Assembly: GCA_041937175.2 (NCBI GenBank)
Contig: CP166615.1
Location: 704,001 to 768,000 of the forward strand
DNA length: 64,000 bases
DNA from: Limnothrix sp. BL-A-16
Lineage (GTDB): Bacteria > Cyanobacteriota > Cyanobacteriia > CACIAM-69d
Direction: 5' to 3'
Shown: piece after piece, positions 52,785-63,853 of the stretch
Position numbering within the stretch: position 1 is the first letter of the stretch
How the letters are laid out: every line of letters begins with the position of its first letter
Made by a program: the position numbers and the translations under genes
The notes under the pieces: generated by a model
The model's database searches: none
What the model saw: the letters and a program-made list of their open reading frames with translations, nothing else
Told to the model about the DNA's origin: nothing

Positions 52785-53052
52785 GAGGATGTCTGAAAGG
52801 TATTTTTGAACGTAGGTCAAGTATGAATCGTCGTTGGGGCAAGGGGCTTAGGGCCTGTCGTCGATCAGGCGAAAACGATTGATTTTCCATGTTCCAGTCG
52901 TCGTAACAAGGGGCTTAAGCCCCTTGTCCTCCACGATCCGCTAACGGTGGAATCAGGGTTTCAGGTGATTTGACGACAGGCCCTAAGCCCGTTGTCTTTG
53001 TTGGTTGGTCAGACCCGCACAAGGGGGCAATTTAGGCTTTTCAGATCCCCTC
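52785..53052. mobile_element. Diverged MITE-A (reverse orientation) with nested MITE-B at 52851-52983
   Basis: GAGGATGTCTGAAAGG / CTTTTCAGATCCCCTC with TTA/GTA flanks; inner GGGCCTGTCGTC / GACGACAGGCCC with TA duplication at the palindrome centre. Confidence 0.88.
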
Positions 53053-53078
53053 GTATTGGCAACCCAATTGATGAGGAT

Positions 53079-53366
53079 TTAACTCCAGTCTTCTTCATCA
53101 CGACGACGACTGTTGACTTGGTAAATATTGCCTTGGGCGTGCAGTTCGCGAGTTTTTTGATAGAGCGATTCCTCATCAAAACCCCAGCGGCTGAGGGCTT
53201 TGTCTAGGTCGGCTTGAATTTGCCTGGCTCCTGGAAAATTGCGATAGCGAATTCGTAATCGGGCTAATTCACAAACATAAAAATCGGTGGGATCGCTGGT
53301 CAAAATGGCTTGCACCAAGTTATGATCGACCATTTCTTGCGGGTGTTGTTGATCCTGTTGTTTCAT
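53079..53366 (-). CDS. DUF3288-like small protein
   Basis: DQQHPQ, ELARLRIRYRNFPGA and terminal EDWS. Confidence 0.8.
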   Translation of the reverse strand: MKQQDQQHPQEMVDHNLVQAILTSDPTDFYVCELARLRIRYRNFPGARQIQADLDKALSRWGFDEESLYQKTRELHAQGNIYQVNSRRRDEEDWS

Positions 53367-53431
53367 GTTTGATTACTTTTTTGTTTAATTACTTGTTTGA
53401 TTTCAGCTTGCTGTTCTCTTTGCCTTTTGTG

Positions 53432-53818
53432 TTACTTTTGGTTGCTATTTTTCGGCTTCATCGTTTCCCAAACGCCGGCCGTGGCGCTGGCTAAGCCTGA
53501 TAGCCCTAATGTGCCCACTGTCCCGATCGTCTGGGACAAAAAGAGATGCACCAAAAAGCCAAACCCAAGAAAGGGAATGACGCTGAAGATGGAGGCATAA
53601 AAAGCGTTTTGGGATTCGCGAACAGACCGAGTTTTTTCAAATTCTTCCGTGGAAAAATAGAGCGATCGCTCAGCAAAGTCAAACCAACGAATCAAAAGAT
53701 CCATCAGCCGATCGCTCACGGCTGGCAACGCCAAATAGAGAGCGAGTGACCACAGGCCTGAACTTGCCAAAAGGGCTGCATCCACATGCAGAGACAATGG
53801 CAGCAGATCAGTAAACAT
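53432..53818 (-). CDS. Hypothetical membrane protein
   Basis: LWSLALYL and RESQNAFYASIFSVIPFL; about three TM helices. Confidence 0.7.
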   Translation of the reverse strand: MFTDLLPLSLHVDAALLASSGLWSLALYLALPAVSDRLMDLLIRWFDFAERSLYFSTEEFEKTRSVRESQNAFYASIFSVIPFLGFGFLVHLFLSQTIGTVGTLGLSGLASATAGVWETMKPKNSNQK

Positions 53819-53983
53819 AGGGCTTGGGGTCACTCATGGTGCTCGGTATTATACCCGGTTTGTAGCGTGATATACATTTCCTCGCTGTTCCCTATCGGCT
53901 AGCATCGGGTGTGTTGCGGCGAAACGGCCCAAAGGCTGTTGCTTAGCTCGCGATTAGAACAGGGCAAAAGGCATTAGGAACTG

Positions 53984-54430
53984 ATGGATTCTCTTTCGCG
54001 ACTTTCTCGATGGTTAATTCCGGCGGCGGTGGCTGGCCTCAGTTGGGGCACGGTTCAGGTTCATCCTATTCAGGCTGATTCCGGGATTCAAGGGTTTGTG
54101 TTACCCAGCGGTAACATTATCTGTGGCTCTTGGGTGGATGGTGGCCAGGGCTATTTGCGCTGTCATGTTCAGTCGGGTTTGCGGCCACTGCCCCCGCAGC
54201 CCGCCGATTGTAATTTGGATTGGGGGCATGAAATCTTGCTGAATGCCAATGGCCAGACCGAGGTGCTTTGCGTGGGAGACACGATCGCGGGCCCATATCC
54301 TCGATTGAATTACAACCAGGTTTGGGAGCGAAATGGATTTCGTTGCGAAGCCAAAACCACCGGCTTAACCTGTCGTGCTCGGAATGGTCGGGGCATGTTT
54401 TTGAGTCGAGAACGCTGGCGGAAAATCTAG
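53984..54430 (+). CDS. Secreted Cys-rich protein (DUF6636-like)
   Basis: Signal peptide; FVLPSGNIIC, CVGDT and GFRCEAKTTGLTC. Confidence 0.72.
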   Translation: MDSLSRLSRWLIPAAVAGLSWGTVQVHPIQADSGIQGFVLPSGNIICGSWVDGGQGYLRCHVQSGLRPLPPQPADCNLDWGHEILLNANGQTEVLCVGDTIAGPYPRLNYNQVWERNGFRCEAKTTGLTCRARNGRGMFLSRERWRKI

Positions 54431-55236
54431 GAGACATCCCTTTGGGTTCTGAGGCGATCGATGGCGGCCAAATAATCGGGCATCGGTTCTTGGCCGGTTT
54501 GGCAAGCGAGCCGATCGACTGCGATTAAATCACTGCCAAAAAAGACCCGATCGAGCGGCAGGGTTTGCCCTCGATCGGGTCGATAGTCGGGGCTGAAATA
54601 TTTGACTGTGCCATCCACCACCGCCCCGTTAAACAGATGGCCAATGCAGAAATAAACATCTTGCAAAACCTGCGGCACAGAGGGGCGGTGGAGCTGGCCG
54701 CGGGAGTGGGGGCTGCGTGCTTTGTAGCGATCGCGCGGAAAGAGGCCGTAGAGATTTTTGAGGGAAGCGGAAATGAGGGGAGTCTCTTTCAAATGGGTGC
54801 GTTTGAGGGCCCCGATCGAAATTCGACAGTCCACCTCCCGCAACAGGGCCGGGGCCCACATGGAACGAAAGCGCACGGGCAAGGGCGATCGGTTCTCGTA
54901 TTCCGCTAAGGGCAGGCTGTCCGCATCAACCAGGGCCATGCCCTGATCTAACAACCGATGCAGACCGCGCCGCTGGGCAATTTCCGCGAGGGAAACCGGC
55001 GAGCACACACCTTCCACAATCAGGATTTCCGCCTGGGGAGCAACCGATCGCAGGGTTTCCAAAACCGTGGCCAAGACTCGATCGCCCACGGTGACCGGCG
55101 GCCCCACGGGATAACCCAAATTGGGTTTCACCAAGATTCGCTGTGCCCCGATCGCCTCGGTGGGTGGTTGATAGCGCCAAGCCTCGCTGGCCACAACGGT
55201 AGTGGGCGGGATCGCTGGGGAAAGGGTGACGGTCAT
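54427..55236 (-). CDS. DUF362-domain protein
   Basis: ILVKPNL, LKRTH, ASLKNLYG and DLIAVD. Confidence 0.78.
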   Translation of the reverse strand: MTVTLSPAIPPTTVVASEAWRYQPPTEAIGAQRILVKPNLGYPVGPPVTVGDRVLATVLETLRSVAPQAEILIVEGVCSPVSLAEIAQRRGLHRLLDQGMALVDADSLPLAEYENRSPLPVRFRSMWAPALLREVDCRISIGALKRTHLKETPLISASLKNLYGLFPRDRYKARSPHSRGQLHRPSVPQVLQDVYFCIGHLFNGAVVDGTVKYFSPDYRPDRGQTLPLDRVFFGSDLIAVDRLACQTGQEPMPDYLAAIDRLRTQRDVS

Positions 55237-55331
55237 AGGGATCAAGGTAACGGAGCGATCGTTAAGGAGTTGTTGGGCCCGGTGGAGCGCCAGCCCGGAC
55301 AATCCGCAAGCATCATAAACTCGCCAGCCTG

Positions 55332-55393
55332 GGGCCTGTCGTCATTTCCATCGCCGTAGGGGTTGGGTCTCCCAACCCTAACCTGAGCGATCG
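55332..55393. mobile_element. Truncated left end of the REP-carrying MITE-B variant
   Basis: GGGCCTGTCGTCATTTCCATC.CCGTAGGGGTTGGGTCTCCCAACCCTAACC nearly identical to 21208 onward. Confidence 0.8.
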
Positions 55394-55396
55394 ACC

Positions 55397-57034
55397 CTAG
55401 GGGGCCGGTGGCGGGTTGGGTGTGTCGGCTGGCTCGGGATCAGACCGATCGAAGCGAGAACGATCGAATGCTCGATCGAACGTGGCTTTCATGGCGGCCT
55501 GGATCCGATCGGGATCCGGTTTGCGGCCGCCCATCAAGTCTCCGAAATAGACACAGGCCCCCTCTCCCAGGGCCAAGGTATAGGCCGCCGCCCAAGAAGC
55601 GGCGATCGCACTGCCAAAACCGGGGACAAATTTCACCAACTCCCGCCCGATCGCCTGGGCCAAAAACCCGCCCGCGATCGTGCTGATGATGCCGCCCACT
55701 TGCGATCGAGTGAGTTTTTGGCCATAGAGCTGTCCCAACAGGCCAACCATGGAAACTTGCAACGCCGTCAGCACCGGCATGGACGCAAAGGGCAAGGGCA
55801 CGGCCTCAACGGCCGCCGCCGCCGCCGCAAAGGCCAGCACATAACGCCGCCCCACATCCCGATAGAGGTTGCTGATTTGGCGGCCCGGCTCCCCGTCCAA
55901 AACCGAATCTAACAATTGATGGATGGTGCGGGCTTCGGCTTCCGGCAGCAAATCCGCCAGGGCATCGCGCAAGGCTTCCAGACCGTAAAAAGTGGGGTGA
56001 TAGTCATCCTCCTCGCGGGTGAAGTCCAACAGCACAGCGCGATCGAACAGACCCGCAAAGGCCTCCTGCAATGCCGCAAAGGGCCGGGCCACCGCCTCCA
56101 AGCTCAGGGGATCCGCCGGGTGATCTTCAACTGTTGCTGGATAAACCTCATGCAAACAGGTGACCGCCAACAGGCAAGGCACGGCGGGATAGCGTTGGCG
56201 CAGGGTGGCGACCACTTGCCGCAGGGTTTCGGTGGCGAAGTCGTTGATCTTGACCGTGAGGATCAAAATTCTGGCCCGATCGGGATCTTCGTCAAAATCC
56301 GTCAGCAGGGCTTGGGCGATCGCCTGGCTGTCCCGTTCCGCATCCCCCAAACCCACCGTGTCCGTAAAAATCAGCAGCGGCAACTCATCGGAGGGATAGG
56401 CATAGCGTGCCGTGTGTTGCGTGTGGGGCCGGAATCCTTGTCCCACAATTTCCGCCGAAACCCCCGTTAGCCCTCGGACGATCGAACTTTTGCCCGCCTG
56501 GGGTTTTCCCAACAGGGTCACTTCCGTGGTGGGCAGTTGGGCCCGCACTTCCGCCAACACCGCCGCCACCCGATCGTCACTGACGCTGAACCATTGGGTC
56601 AGGGATTGTACCCCCTGGGCCAGGGTTTCGCCGGGTTTGAGATGACCTAGGGCGGCAGGTAGATCTGGCAGATTCTTTGGTAGGTTCGGCAAATTAGGTA
56701 AATTCGGCAGGCTGGGCAAATTTACCGACCAATTGCGGGGCAAATTGGGCAATTCCGTAGGCAAGTTGGGCAAGCTGGGTAAATTCGGCAAATTCAAGGC
56801 CGTTAGCCGATCCTTCGCTGATTGCCAAGCAGTTGTCCACAGTCCCGGGCGCTGCGGCTCGTGGGGCGACTCCCCGATCGATTCTGGGGACGATTCTGCA
56901 TCTTGGCCCGTTGTGTTCTCTGGCATGACTCCCGGCGACTCGATCGCCCCCAACGAGGATTCATCAACCGGGCGATCGGCCCCTGAGGCTTTTATTTCTG
57001 TTGGTTCAGAAGCGGGGGAATCAAAATCCGGCAT
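55397..57034 (-). CDS. YcjF/DUF697-type GTPase-domain membrane protein with N-terminal (LPN)n region
   Basis: GKPQAGKSS, RPHT, DTVG, VPLPFA and KFVPGFG. Confidence 0.8.
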   Translation of the reverse strand: MPDFDSPASEPTEIKASGADRPVDESSLGAIESPGVMPENTTGQDAESSPESIGESPHEPQRPGLWTTAWQSAKDRLTALNLPNLPSLPNLPTELPNLPRNWSVNLPSLPNLPNLPNLPKNLPDLPAALGHLKPGETLAQGVQSLTQWFSVSDDRVAAVLAEVRAQLPTTEVTLLGKPQAGKSSIVRGLTGVSAEIVGQGFRPHTQHTARYAYPSDELPLLIFTDTVGLGDAERDSQAIAQALLTDFDEDPDRARILILTVKINDFATETLRQVVATLRQRYPAVPCLLAVTCLHEVYPATVEDHPADPLSLEAVARPFAALQEAFAGLFDRAVLLDFTREEDDYHPTFYGLEALRDALADLLPEAEARTIHQLLDSVLDGEPGRQISNLYRDVGRRYVLAFAAAAAAVEAVPLPFASMPVLTALQVSMVGLLGQLYGQKLTRSQVGGIISTIAGGFLAQAIGRELVKFVPGFGSAIAASWAAAYTLALGEGACVYFGDLMGGRKPDPDRIQAAMKATFDRAFDRSRFDRSDPEPADTPNPPPAP

Positions 57035-57448
57035 ATCAGCAATGGTTAGCAGTGGTTGCTGTCTTGAACGGGTCTTGAACGGGGAGCGCGTGAAATTTGA
57101 ATTTCTTTAAAGTTTGACTGGAAATTTTTCGCTTGAAATTTAATGAATTCACTCAAATCTCAACAATCCAAAGCATAACTTTAAACCAAGCATTCAATCT
57201 CTCAAAATCGCAGCTTCAATCGGTTAGAACAGGTCTAGCGCCTGAAGATTGCCTGCAATTCCTACACCGCTCCTACCATTCAATGGCATTTGTTACGGGT
57301 GATGACGGGTGAACACTCAGCCCTGGTCTGGAGAAGCGATCGCCCGCCAAACTAGAGAACTGGGATTTTGTAGCGAATCGATCGGTTCCTGATAAAAGGT
57401 GCTGGCTACGATGGCGGATCCCAGTTGTGTTTTAGGAGTGGCGATCGG

Positions 57449-58735
57449 ATGGTACAGAGTCCTTGGAGAACTGAGCAAGCTCCTCGCCCCAACCGTCAAC
57501 AGCCGGAACTGTGGCAATTGGCCAATGGTTTGCGGGTGGTTTATCACTATGTGCCCGTTAGCCCGGTGGTGACCATGGATGTGTGGGTGAAGGCGGGGGC
57601 TGTGGCTGAGCCGATCGCCTGGGACGGGATGGCGCATTTCCTAGAACACATGATTTTTAAGGGCACTGACCGGTTGGGCCCCGGGGAATTTGACCGGGCG
57701 ATCGAGAGTCGCGGCGGAGCCACCAACGCCGCCACCAGTCACGATTATGCCCATTATTTTGTGACCACGGCGGTGGAACATGCGGAAGCCACCCTGCCCC
57801 ACTTGGCGGAGTTGTTGCTGAATGCGACGATTCCCGACCAGGAATTTGAGCTGGAGCGATCGGTGGTGCTCGAAGAAATCCGCCAGGCCTATGACAGCCC
57901 CGATTGGGTGGGATTTCAGATGCTGCTGTCGCGGGTCTATCCGGATCATGCCTATGGGCGATCGGTCTTGGGCAGTGAAGAATCCTTGATGAAGCGATCG
58001 CCCGCTGAGATGCGGCGGTTTCATGCCTGTCACTACCAACCGGAAAATCTGGTGGTGGCCCTGGTGGGAGGGTTGCCGCCCGATCGCGCCCGTCACTTGA
58101 TGGAATCGGCCTTTGCGGCCTTTGGTCAGCCCCAAGCCTGTCCTCCCCAGCCGATCGGGCAAACTCCGCCGATTGCCGCCGTCCATCGCCAAGAACTGCA
58201 CCGGCCCTATCTGGAGCAAGCTCGGGTGATGATGGCCTGGACGGGGCCCAGCTTGCAGGACATTGGCGATACCTATGCTTTGGAAGTGCTGGCCACCGTT
58301 CTCGGCATTGGGCGCACCTCGCGCTTGGTCAGCGATTTGCGTGAAGACCGGCAATGGGTTTTGGCGATCGACTGCGAAGCCAGTGCCCAACGGGATGCCA
58401 GCTTGCTGACGATCGGCGCTTGGCTGGATGTGCGAGATGTGGGCGTGGTGGAAGCCTGCATTTGTGATCACCTGGCCCTACTGCGCGATCACCCCATTAA
58501 CCCGATCGAGCTGAAGCGGGCCCAGCGTCTTCTGTGCAGCGACTATATTTTCGCCACGGAAACCCCCAACCAACTGGCCAGCCTCTATGGCTACTACGGC
58601 CTGCTGGATCAACTGCCAGAAGCAACGGTTTATCCCGATCGGATCCAGGCCGTGGGCCCCGAAGACGTGCAACGGGTGGCGCAAAAATATCTTTCTCCCG
58701 ATCGCTATGCCATGGTTACCCTGGTTCCGTCCTAG
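57449..58735 (+). CDS. M16 family Zn peptidase
   Basis: GMAHFLEHMIFKGT, NAATSHDY and ERSVVLEE. Confidence 0.92.
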   Translation: MVQSPWRTEQAPRPNRQQPELWQLANGLRVVYHYVPVSPVVTMDVWVKAGAVAEPIAWDGMAHFLEHMIFKGTDRLGPGEFDRAIESRGGATNAATSHDYAHYFVTTAVEHAEATLPHLAELLLNATIPDQEFELERSVVLEEIRQAYDSPDWVGFQMLLSRVYPDHAYGRSVLGSEESLMKRSPAEMRRFHACHYQPENLVVALVGGLPPDRARHLMESAFAAFGQPQACPPQPIGQTPPIAAVHRQELHRPYLEQARVMMAWTGPSLQDIGDTYALEVLATVLGIGRTSRLVSDLREDRQWVLAIDCEASAQRDASLLTIGAWLDVRDVGVVEACICDHLALLRDHPINPIELKRAQRLLCSDYIFATETPNQLASLYGYYGLLDQLPEATVYPDRIQAVGPEDVQRVAQKYLSPDRYAMVTLVPS

Positions 58736-58861
58736 AGCGAGATCGATCGACCAAGACAAGGGGTTTCAGTCCCTTGCGCCCACCATGATCAATGCTTGGC
58801 CAGTCCGAAAATCAATCGGTTTGCACAGCAACCAACGCCTAACCGTGGATTAACCCATGGA

Positions 58862-60154
58862 TTAGCCCTTGGCCTTCATGGCCAACTCGCGCCGCCAGAA
58901 AAAGGCCGCCGCTCCCCACAGCCCCACCATCTTGAACGTTTCCGAAGCCAGCGTCGCCCAAATGGCCCCCGCCCAGGAATAGGACGGAATCAAGATTAGG
59001 TTTAGCACCACATTCAAAATGGCAGCGGTGACTTGAATTAAGCTCCGTTGTCCCTGGTGGCCCGAAGAGGTGAGGCAATCGGCCGCCAAATACTGCATTC
59101 CCAAAATCAAATGCACGGGGGCGAACCAACGCAACACCCCGATCGCCTCGCGATATTCCGATCCCAAAATCCACTCCACCACCGGAGCAAAGAAAAACAT
59201 CCCCAATCCCCCCAGCACCCCGTAGCCCGCGATCAGCGGAAACAGGCGCTTGGCAAATTGAATACTGCCGTCAATGCCATGAGTGCCCGCCTGGAAAAAG
59301 CGGGCATAATTCGCCGCACCAATCGCCAAGATCGGCTGGTAGCCCACATCCACAAACCGATAGCCCGCCCCATAAATCCCGGCAGCCTCTTCATTCACCA
59401 AGCTAGAGAGCAAGGTCTTATCCGCATTGGCATTAATCGTTTCAGCGGAACCGGCAATGGAAAAGTAAAACCCTTGACCCAATTCCCAAGCACAATTGGG
59501 TTTGGGCCAAAGGGGCCAGCCCGCCTGCCGACTGGCCAACACAAAGGCCGCAAGGGCCGGCAACACTGACGCAATGCAGTAAAAAATCGACCAGGTTTCC
59601 GCCGATCGCCAGTCGGGAACCAGCCACAGGGCCCCCACCGCCAAGAGTTTCACGGCGCTGAAAACCACCTTGAGCTGGGCTGGGCGAGCTGCCACCCCCA
59701 CCGATAAAAACGCCGAACTGCTAAATTCCAGCAGACAAACGCCCCAATAGTCCCCCAGGGCCATCCACAACACCAACCAGGGGGAAACTTGGCTGCCCCA
59801 AATTCGACTCGCCAGCAACATCACCAACCCAATGCCCAGCAGGGAAGACCAGCCCCAAACGAATAGGGACTTCCCCCACTCCGTGCGGAAGCTGCTGCGA
59901 TCGCGCGAAACCGTCCGCATCAACAAGTGGGCATAGCCAACCCCAACGAAAGGCGAAAGCATGGCCACCAAGGACAACACCCCGATCAGTTCGCCATACT
60001 CTTTGGATCCCAAAAACCGCGCCACGAAGATGAAGTACAGCGCCTGGATCGCCACGCTAATCACCCTGGCGGCAATCATCCAGAGATTGTCTTGCACCGA
60101 GGATTTCCCCAGAGTGGTGCGCAGACGTTGCAGGACTCCTTGAAGGTTGGGCAT
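58862..60154 (-). CDS. Wzx-type oligosaccharide flippase
   Basis: About 12 TM helices; ARFLGSKEYG, ADKTLL...AGIYGAGYR and LNVVLNLILIPSY. Confidence 0.85.
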   Translation of the reverse strand: MPNLQGVLQRLRTTLGKSSVQDNLWMIAARVISVAIQALYFIFVARFLGSKEYGELIGVLSLVAMLSPFVGVGYAHLLMRTVSRDRSSFRTEWGKSLFVWGWSSLLGIGLVMLLASRIWGSQVSPWLVLWMALGDYWGVCLLEFSSSAFLSVGVAARPAQLKVVFSAVKLLAVGALWLVPDWRSAETWSIFYCIASVLPALAAFVLASRQAGWPLWPKPNCAWELGQGFYFSIAGSAETINANADKTLLSSLVNEEAAGIYGAGYRFVDVGYQPILAIGAANYARFFQAGTHGIDGSIQFAKRLFPLIAGYGVLGGLGMFFFAPVVEWILGSEYREAIGVLRWFAPVHLILGMQYLAADCLTSSGHQGQRSLIQVTAAILNVVLNLILIPSYSWAGAIWATLASETFKMVGLWGAAAFFWRRELAMKAKG

Positions 60155-60237
60155 AGGGGCTAGTGAGTGGAGAGTGAAAAGGAGTAGAAAATTGCACCCA
60201 AACTAACACCGTCGCTACACAAAACCTCTGGAAAAGA

Positions 60238-62160
60238 TTACGGACTGGTAATGCTGGCCAGCAAACGAACGTAGGCTGCTTGATAGTAAATGGCTGGTTC
60301 CGTGAGTTCCCAACTATTCACCGGCCAGCCGGTGGGTGAGTCGAGATAGCGCTTTTGGATGGGCTGTTGTTTCACGGATTCTTGGTTGCCGGTGTAGTCG
60401 CGGTTGGGCCCGCCCACCAAATATCCGGGAGCCGGGCCTGGTTTTCCGGGGGCAACCCGTTCATACTCCCCACGCCCCAACCATTCGTGATACATGCTGG
60501 TGACCGATCGCTCGGCTCCCAGGCTGCCCATGTTGGTGAGGTAAACAAACCCCAAGGGATTCACGCCATGGAGGTAGTGCAGGTGGGCCATGGCTCGGGC
60601 CTGTAGGCTGGTGTTGCGATCGGGCACTGCGCCATAGCGAATGGCATCTCGGTTGCTGTTACCATAGTTGGCTTGAACTTGGTTGCTGCCCCAGTGATAT
60701 TGCTCATCGGGCAGCGACACCCGATAGGGATCTAGATCCATACGCAAGCCGTAGGCCTGGGTTTGGGTGCGCACCATATTCACAAATCGATCGCGAATTT
60801 GCTTGACCAAGGCGGCATCGGCGTTCGGCAAGCGGGTATAAAGCAGCAGCGCATCGCCTTCGTGGGCCCGATACCGACCCCAAACGTTGTCGTTCCAAGG
60901 CTGGGAAGCGGTGAGATATTTTGCAAGTTGGGTGCTGTAGTCGGGGTTGCCGGTGAGGGCAAACAGGTGAACAGCGGCGGCGGCAGCGTTGCCCTGTTGT
61001 TCAGGAATCGGGCGATCGGCATCCCCGGCTTTAATTTCCTGGGTGTCGCAATCGGTCTTGAGAGGATTTTGCTGGAACCAGTTCCAAGCCCGAATGGCCC
61101 GTTGTTCCAAATCTCGGGACTCCCCTTGCAGGGCTGGAAACTGCCGATAGACACGGGCCGCATGGGCAAAGGCGGCCGCCGTGGCGATCGTGGAGGAAGA
61201 GCATTTGGGCCCGTAATATCGGGGGCGACGATCTTGGCTGGGGCGATCGGCCGCATTGTGATCCAGTACGCCCACCTTGATCAATACGCCGCCATCGTCT
61301 TCCTGCATTCGCTTCAGCCAATCCACTTCCCACTTAATCTCATCAATCAGGTCGGGGATGCCGTTGCCCGATTCGGGAATGTTGAACCGATCGGTGAAAG
61401 CTCGGGGGTTTTCTTCGTAGGCCGTCAGCAGTTGATTCACCACGGGGCCTGCAAAGGTGCTGTATTTGTTCGTATCACCGGCATCAAACCATCCCCCTCG
61501 CAAGTCGCGGGCCGTGGCGGGATCATCCTTGGCACTGACCGATCGAGCCTGGGAATCCTGATTGGGGCCCAAAAAAGCCGCCCCATCTTGCCACTTCCCA
61601 GCCACAGAACCCGTTTTGTTGAAACCGGCCCGCTGGTAATAAAACACACGTGTGGCGGTTATCAGTTTTTTTTGGTAGACACTGCTCTGAATTTCAAAGG
61701 GAAATGATTGCTCACCCCGTTCCCGATCGACCACCACATAGGTTCCCGATTGTTTCACGGTTGAAAAATCAAAATGCCAGGCCCGATCGCCCGATTGACC
61801 GTGGATTTGCCCCCCATTCCAAGGGGTCAGCGCACCCGAAAAAACCACCGCATTGGTGGAGGTATTTCTGACTTCATAGACTGATCCCGGCGTGAAGGCT
61901 CGGTTGGCATTTTCACCCCGCTGCGGAGAGGCAATCACCGCCACTTTGGGATCCTGAGGTCGATAGCCAAACTGATCCACCAAAATTCGAGGAATGGGTT
62001 CATTACCACCCCCAGTTCCCCCGTTGAATGGCAGTGATGCCCAAGCCTGCATGGTGTATTGAAACAGCGATTGATTCGCTAAGGATTGAGACCCGAAATC
62101 CATGATCCCTAGCCCCGCTAGCAACGCTCCACCCAGCCAAACCCACTTCCAACGCTGCAT
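60238..62160 (-). CDS. Secreted glycoside hydrolase family 9 with N-terminal Ig-like domain
   Basis: VDQFGYRPQDPKVAV, FYYQRAG, GGWFDAGD, YLHGVNP and catalytic region SWELTEPAIYYQA. Confidence 0.9.
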   Translation of the reverse strand: MQRWKWVWLGGALLAGLGIMDFGSQSLANQSLFQYTMQAWASLPFNGGTGGGNEPIPRILVDQFGYRPQDPKVAVIASPQRGENANRAFTPGSVYEVRNTSTNAVVFSGALTPWNGGQIHGQSGDRAWHFDFSTVKQSGTYVVVDRERGEQSFPFEIQSSVYQKKLITATRVFYYQRAGFNKTGSVAGKWQDGAAFLGPNQDSQARSVSAKDDPATARDLRGGWFDAGDTNKYSTFAGPVVNQLLTAYEENPRAFTDRFNIPESGNGIPDLIDEIKWEVDWLKRMQEDDGGVLIKVGVLDHNAADRPSQDRRPRYYGPKCSSSTIATAAAFAHAARVYRQFPALQGESRDLEQRAIRAWNWFQQNPLKTDCDTQEIKAGDADRPIPEQQGNAAAAAVHLFALTGNPDYSTQLAKYLTASQPWNDNVWGRYRAHEGDALLLYTRLPNADAALVKQIRDRFVNMVRTQTQAYGLRMDLDPYRVSLPDEQYHWGSNQVQANYGNSNRDAIRYGAVPDRNTSLQARAMAHLHYLHGVNPLGFVYLTNMGSLGAERSVTSMYHEWLGRGEYERVAPGKPGPAPGYLVGGPNRDYTGNQESVKQQPIQKRYLDSPTGWPVNSWELTEPAIYYQAAYVRLLASITSP

Positions 62161-62788
62161 CACAAACCTTTCTCCTTGGGACAGGTGCTATTAACCAAAT
62201 TTCATTGCTAGGCAGGACGACTGAGATCAGAATTCTAGGCAGATATCTCAGATCATAATTTCAAGTCATAATTTCAAGAAAATGAATAGAGCTATTCAAA
62301 ATTAATCAATAATTCAAAATATTTGAATGAAATAATGCTGAAAAGTTTTGTTGATGTTTTCGGTGTGTATCAAATTAAACAACAGAGAAAAAATGGTAAT
62401 TGAATTGATTGGAAAACTGATCATGGTTGAACCCATGAATGGTTATTCTCAATCACTCAAATGGGTCAAGGCTGTGGTGCTCGTTAATTCCCAAACTTTT
62501 AGCTTGAAGTTGGGTTGAGTGCCATGCCACCTGAATTCGCCTAGTCTTTCTATCATACTAATGAAAAAAGCGTCCGGGCCCTGAAGGGGGATAGTCTTTA
62601 GATTAATCTTTTTTTGAAAGCAGTCGTTAACCGAATCTTCACAAATTAGGTTTCCAGATTCACATCATTTTTCTGCATAAACTTTCTGGAAATCTAGTAG
62701 CAATGCCAACGGTCTGCGATCGGGAAGGAAAAGAACCGCCAAAAATCAGCCCTAATCCCGCCCGATCGCCCCTTTGTGCTCGTCTGCT

Positions 62789-63853
62789 CTAGGCTTGCAG
62801 AAATTCCCGTAACGCCACCAATTTTTCCCAGGCGGCCCCGCTCGCCAGGATTTCCTTGGCCCGAGCCACACCAACGGCACAGGCTTCCGGCGACCCGATC
62901 GGCTCAGCGATCGCCCCGGCCACTTGGAGGGCCAGGGACGCATTGAGGGCCACGGCATCCCGCTGGGCGATCGAGCCTTGACCCTGAAGCACTTGTCGCA
63001 AAATCTCGGCATTTTCGCTGGGATCACCGCCCACCAAGGCGGCCGTGGGCGCGGCCGCACAACCGGCCGCCACCGGATCCAACTCCAAGCGGGCGATCGC
63101 CCCATCGGCCAAAACCGCCAGATCGGTCACATCCGCCAATCCCCCTTCATCCAAGCCTTCGCGCCCATGGAGGACGATCGCCCGCTGAGCGCCCAGCCGA
63201 TTCAGGGCCCCGGCCATCACCTCAATCAGATCGCTTTTGAAAGTACCAATCACCTGGCCCGTGGGCCGCAGGGGATTCACCAGGGGCCCCAACAGGTTAA
63301 ACACGGTGCGCACCTTCAGGGCTTGGCGAATGGGCGCGACGGCCTTCATAGCCGGATGCCAACCGGGCGCAAACAGAAACGTGATCCCCACCTGGTGCGC
63401 CGCCGCTTGGATTTGGGCGGGATCAGCTCCGAGGCGAATTCCCAATGCTTCCAGCACATCGGCGGATCCCGACTTGCTGGAAGCGGCCCGGTTCCCGTGC
63501 TTCACCACCGTGACCCCAGCGGCGGCGGCCACAAAGGCGACGGCCGTGGAAATGTTGAAGGTGGAAGCGCCGTCGCCACCCGTGCCGCAAGTGTCGATCG
63601 AGGGGCTGGGCAGCGGATCGCCCGTCACGCTCACCGATTGGCTCAGCAAAACCTGGGCCATCCCAGCCAGCTCATCCGCCGTTACGCCTTTGGCCTGAAG
63701 AGCAGCCAAAATTGCGCCTGACAGGGCCGGAGCTAGCCCATCATCCAACCAAGCCTGCATCAGTTGAGCGGCCTGAGCCTGGGACAGGGAGGCTCGATCG
63801 AGCAGTTGCTTCAACAGGGTGGGCCCATCAAAGGTCGTGGCGGCGGCAGTCAT
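62789..63853 (-). CDS. trpD: Anthranilate phosphoribosyltransferase
   Basis: [35 protein letters not shown] and [13 protein letters not shown]. Confidence 0.97.
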   Translation of the reverse strand: MTAAATTFDGPTLLKQLLDRASLSQAQAAQLMQAWLDDGLAPALSGAILAALQAKGVTADELAGMAQVLLSQSVSVTGDPLPSPSIDTCGTGGDGASTFNISTAVAFVAAAAGVTVVKHGNRAASSKSGSADVLEALGIRLGADPAQIQAAAHQVGITFLFAPGWHPAMKAVAPIRQALKVRTVFNLLGPLVNPLRPTGQVIGTFKSDLIEVMAGALNRLGAQRAIVLHGREGLDEGGLADVTDLAVLADGAIARLELDPVAAGCAAAPTAALVGGDPSENAEILRQVLQGQGSIAQRDAVALNASLALQVAGAIAEPIGSPEACAVGVARAKEILASGAAWEKLVALREFLQA

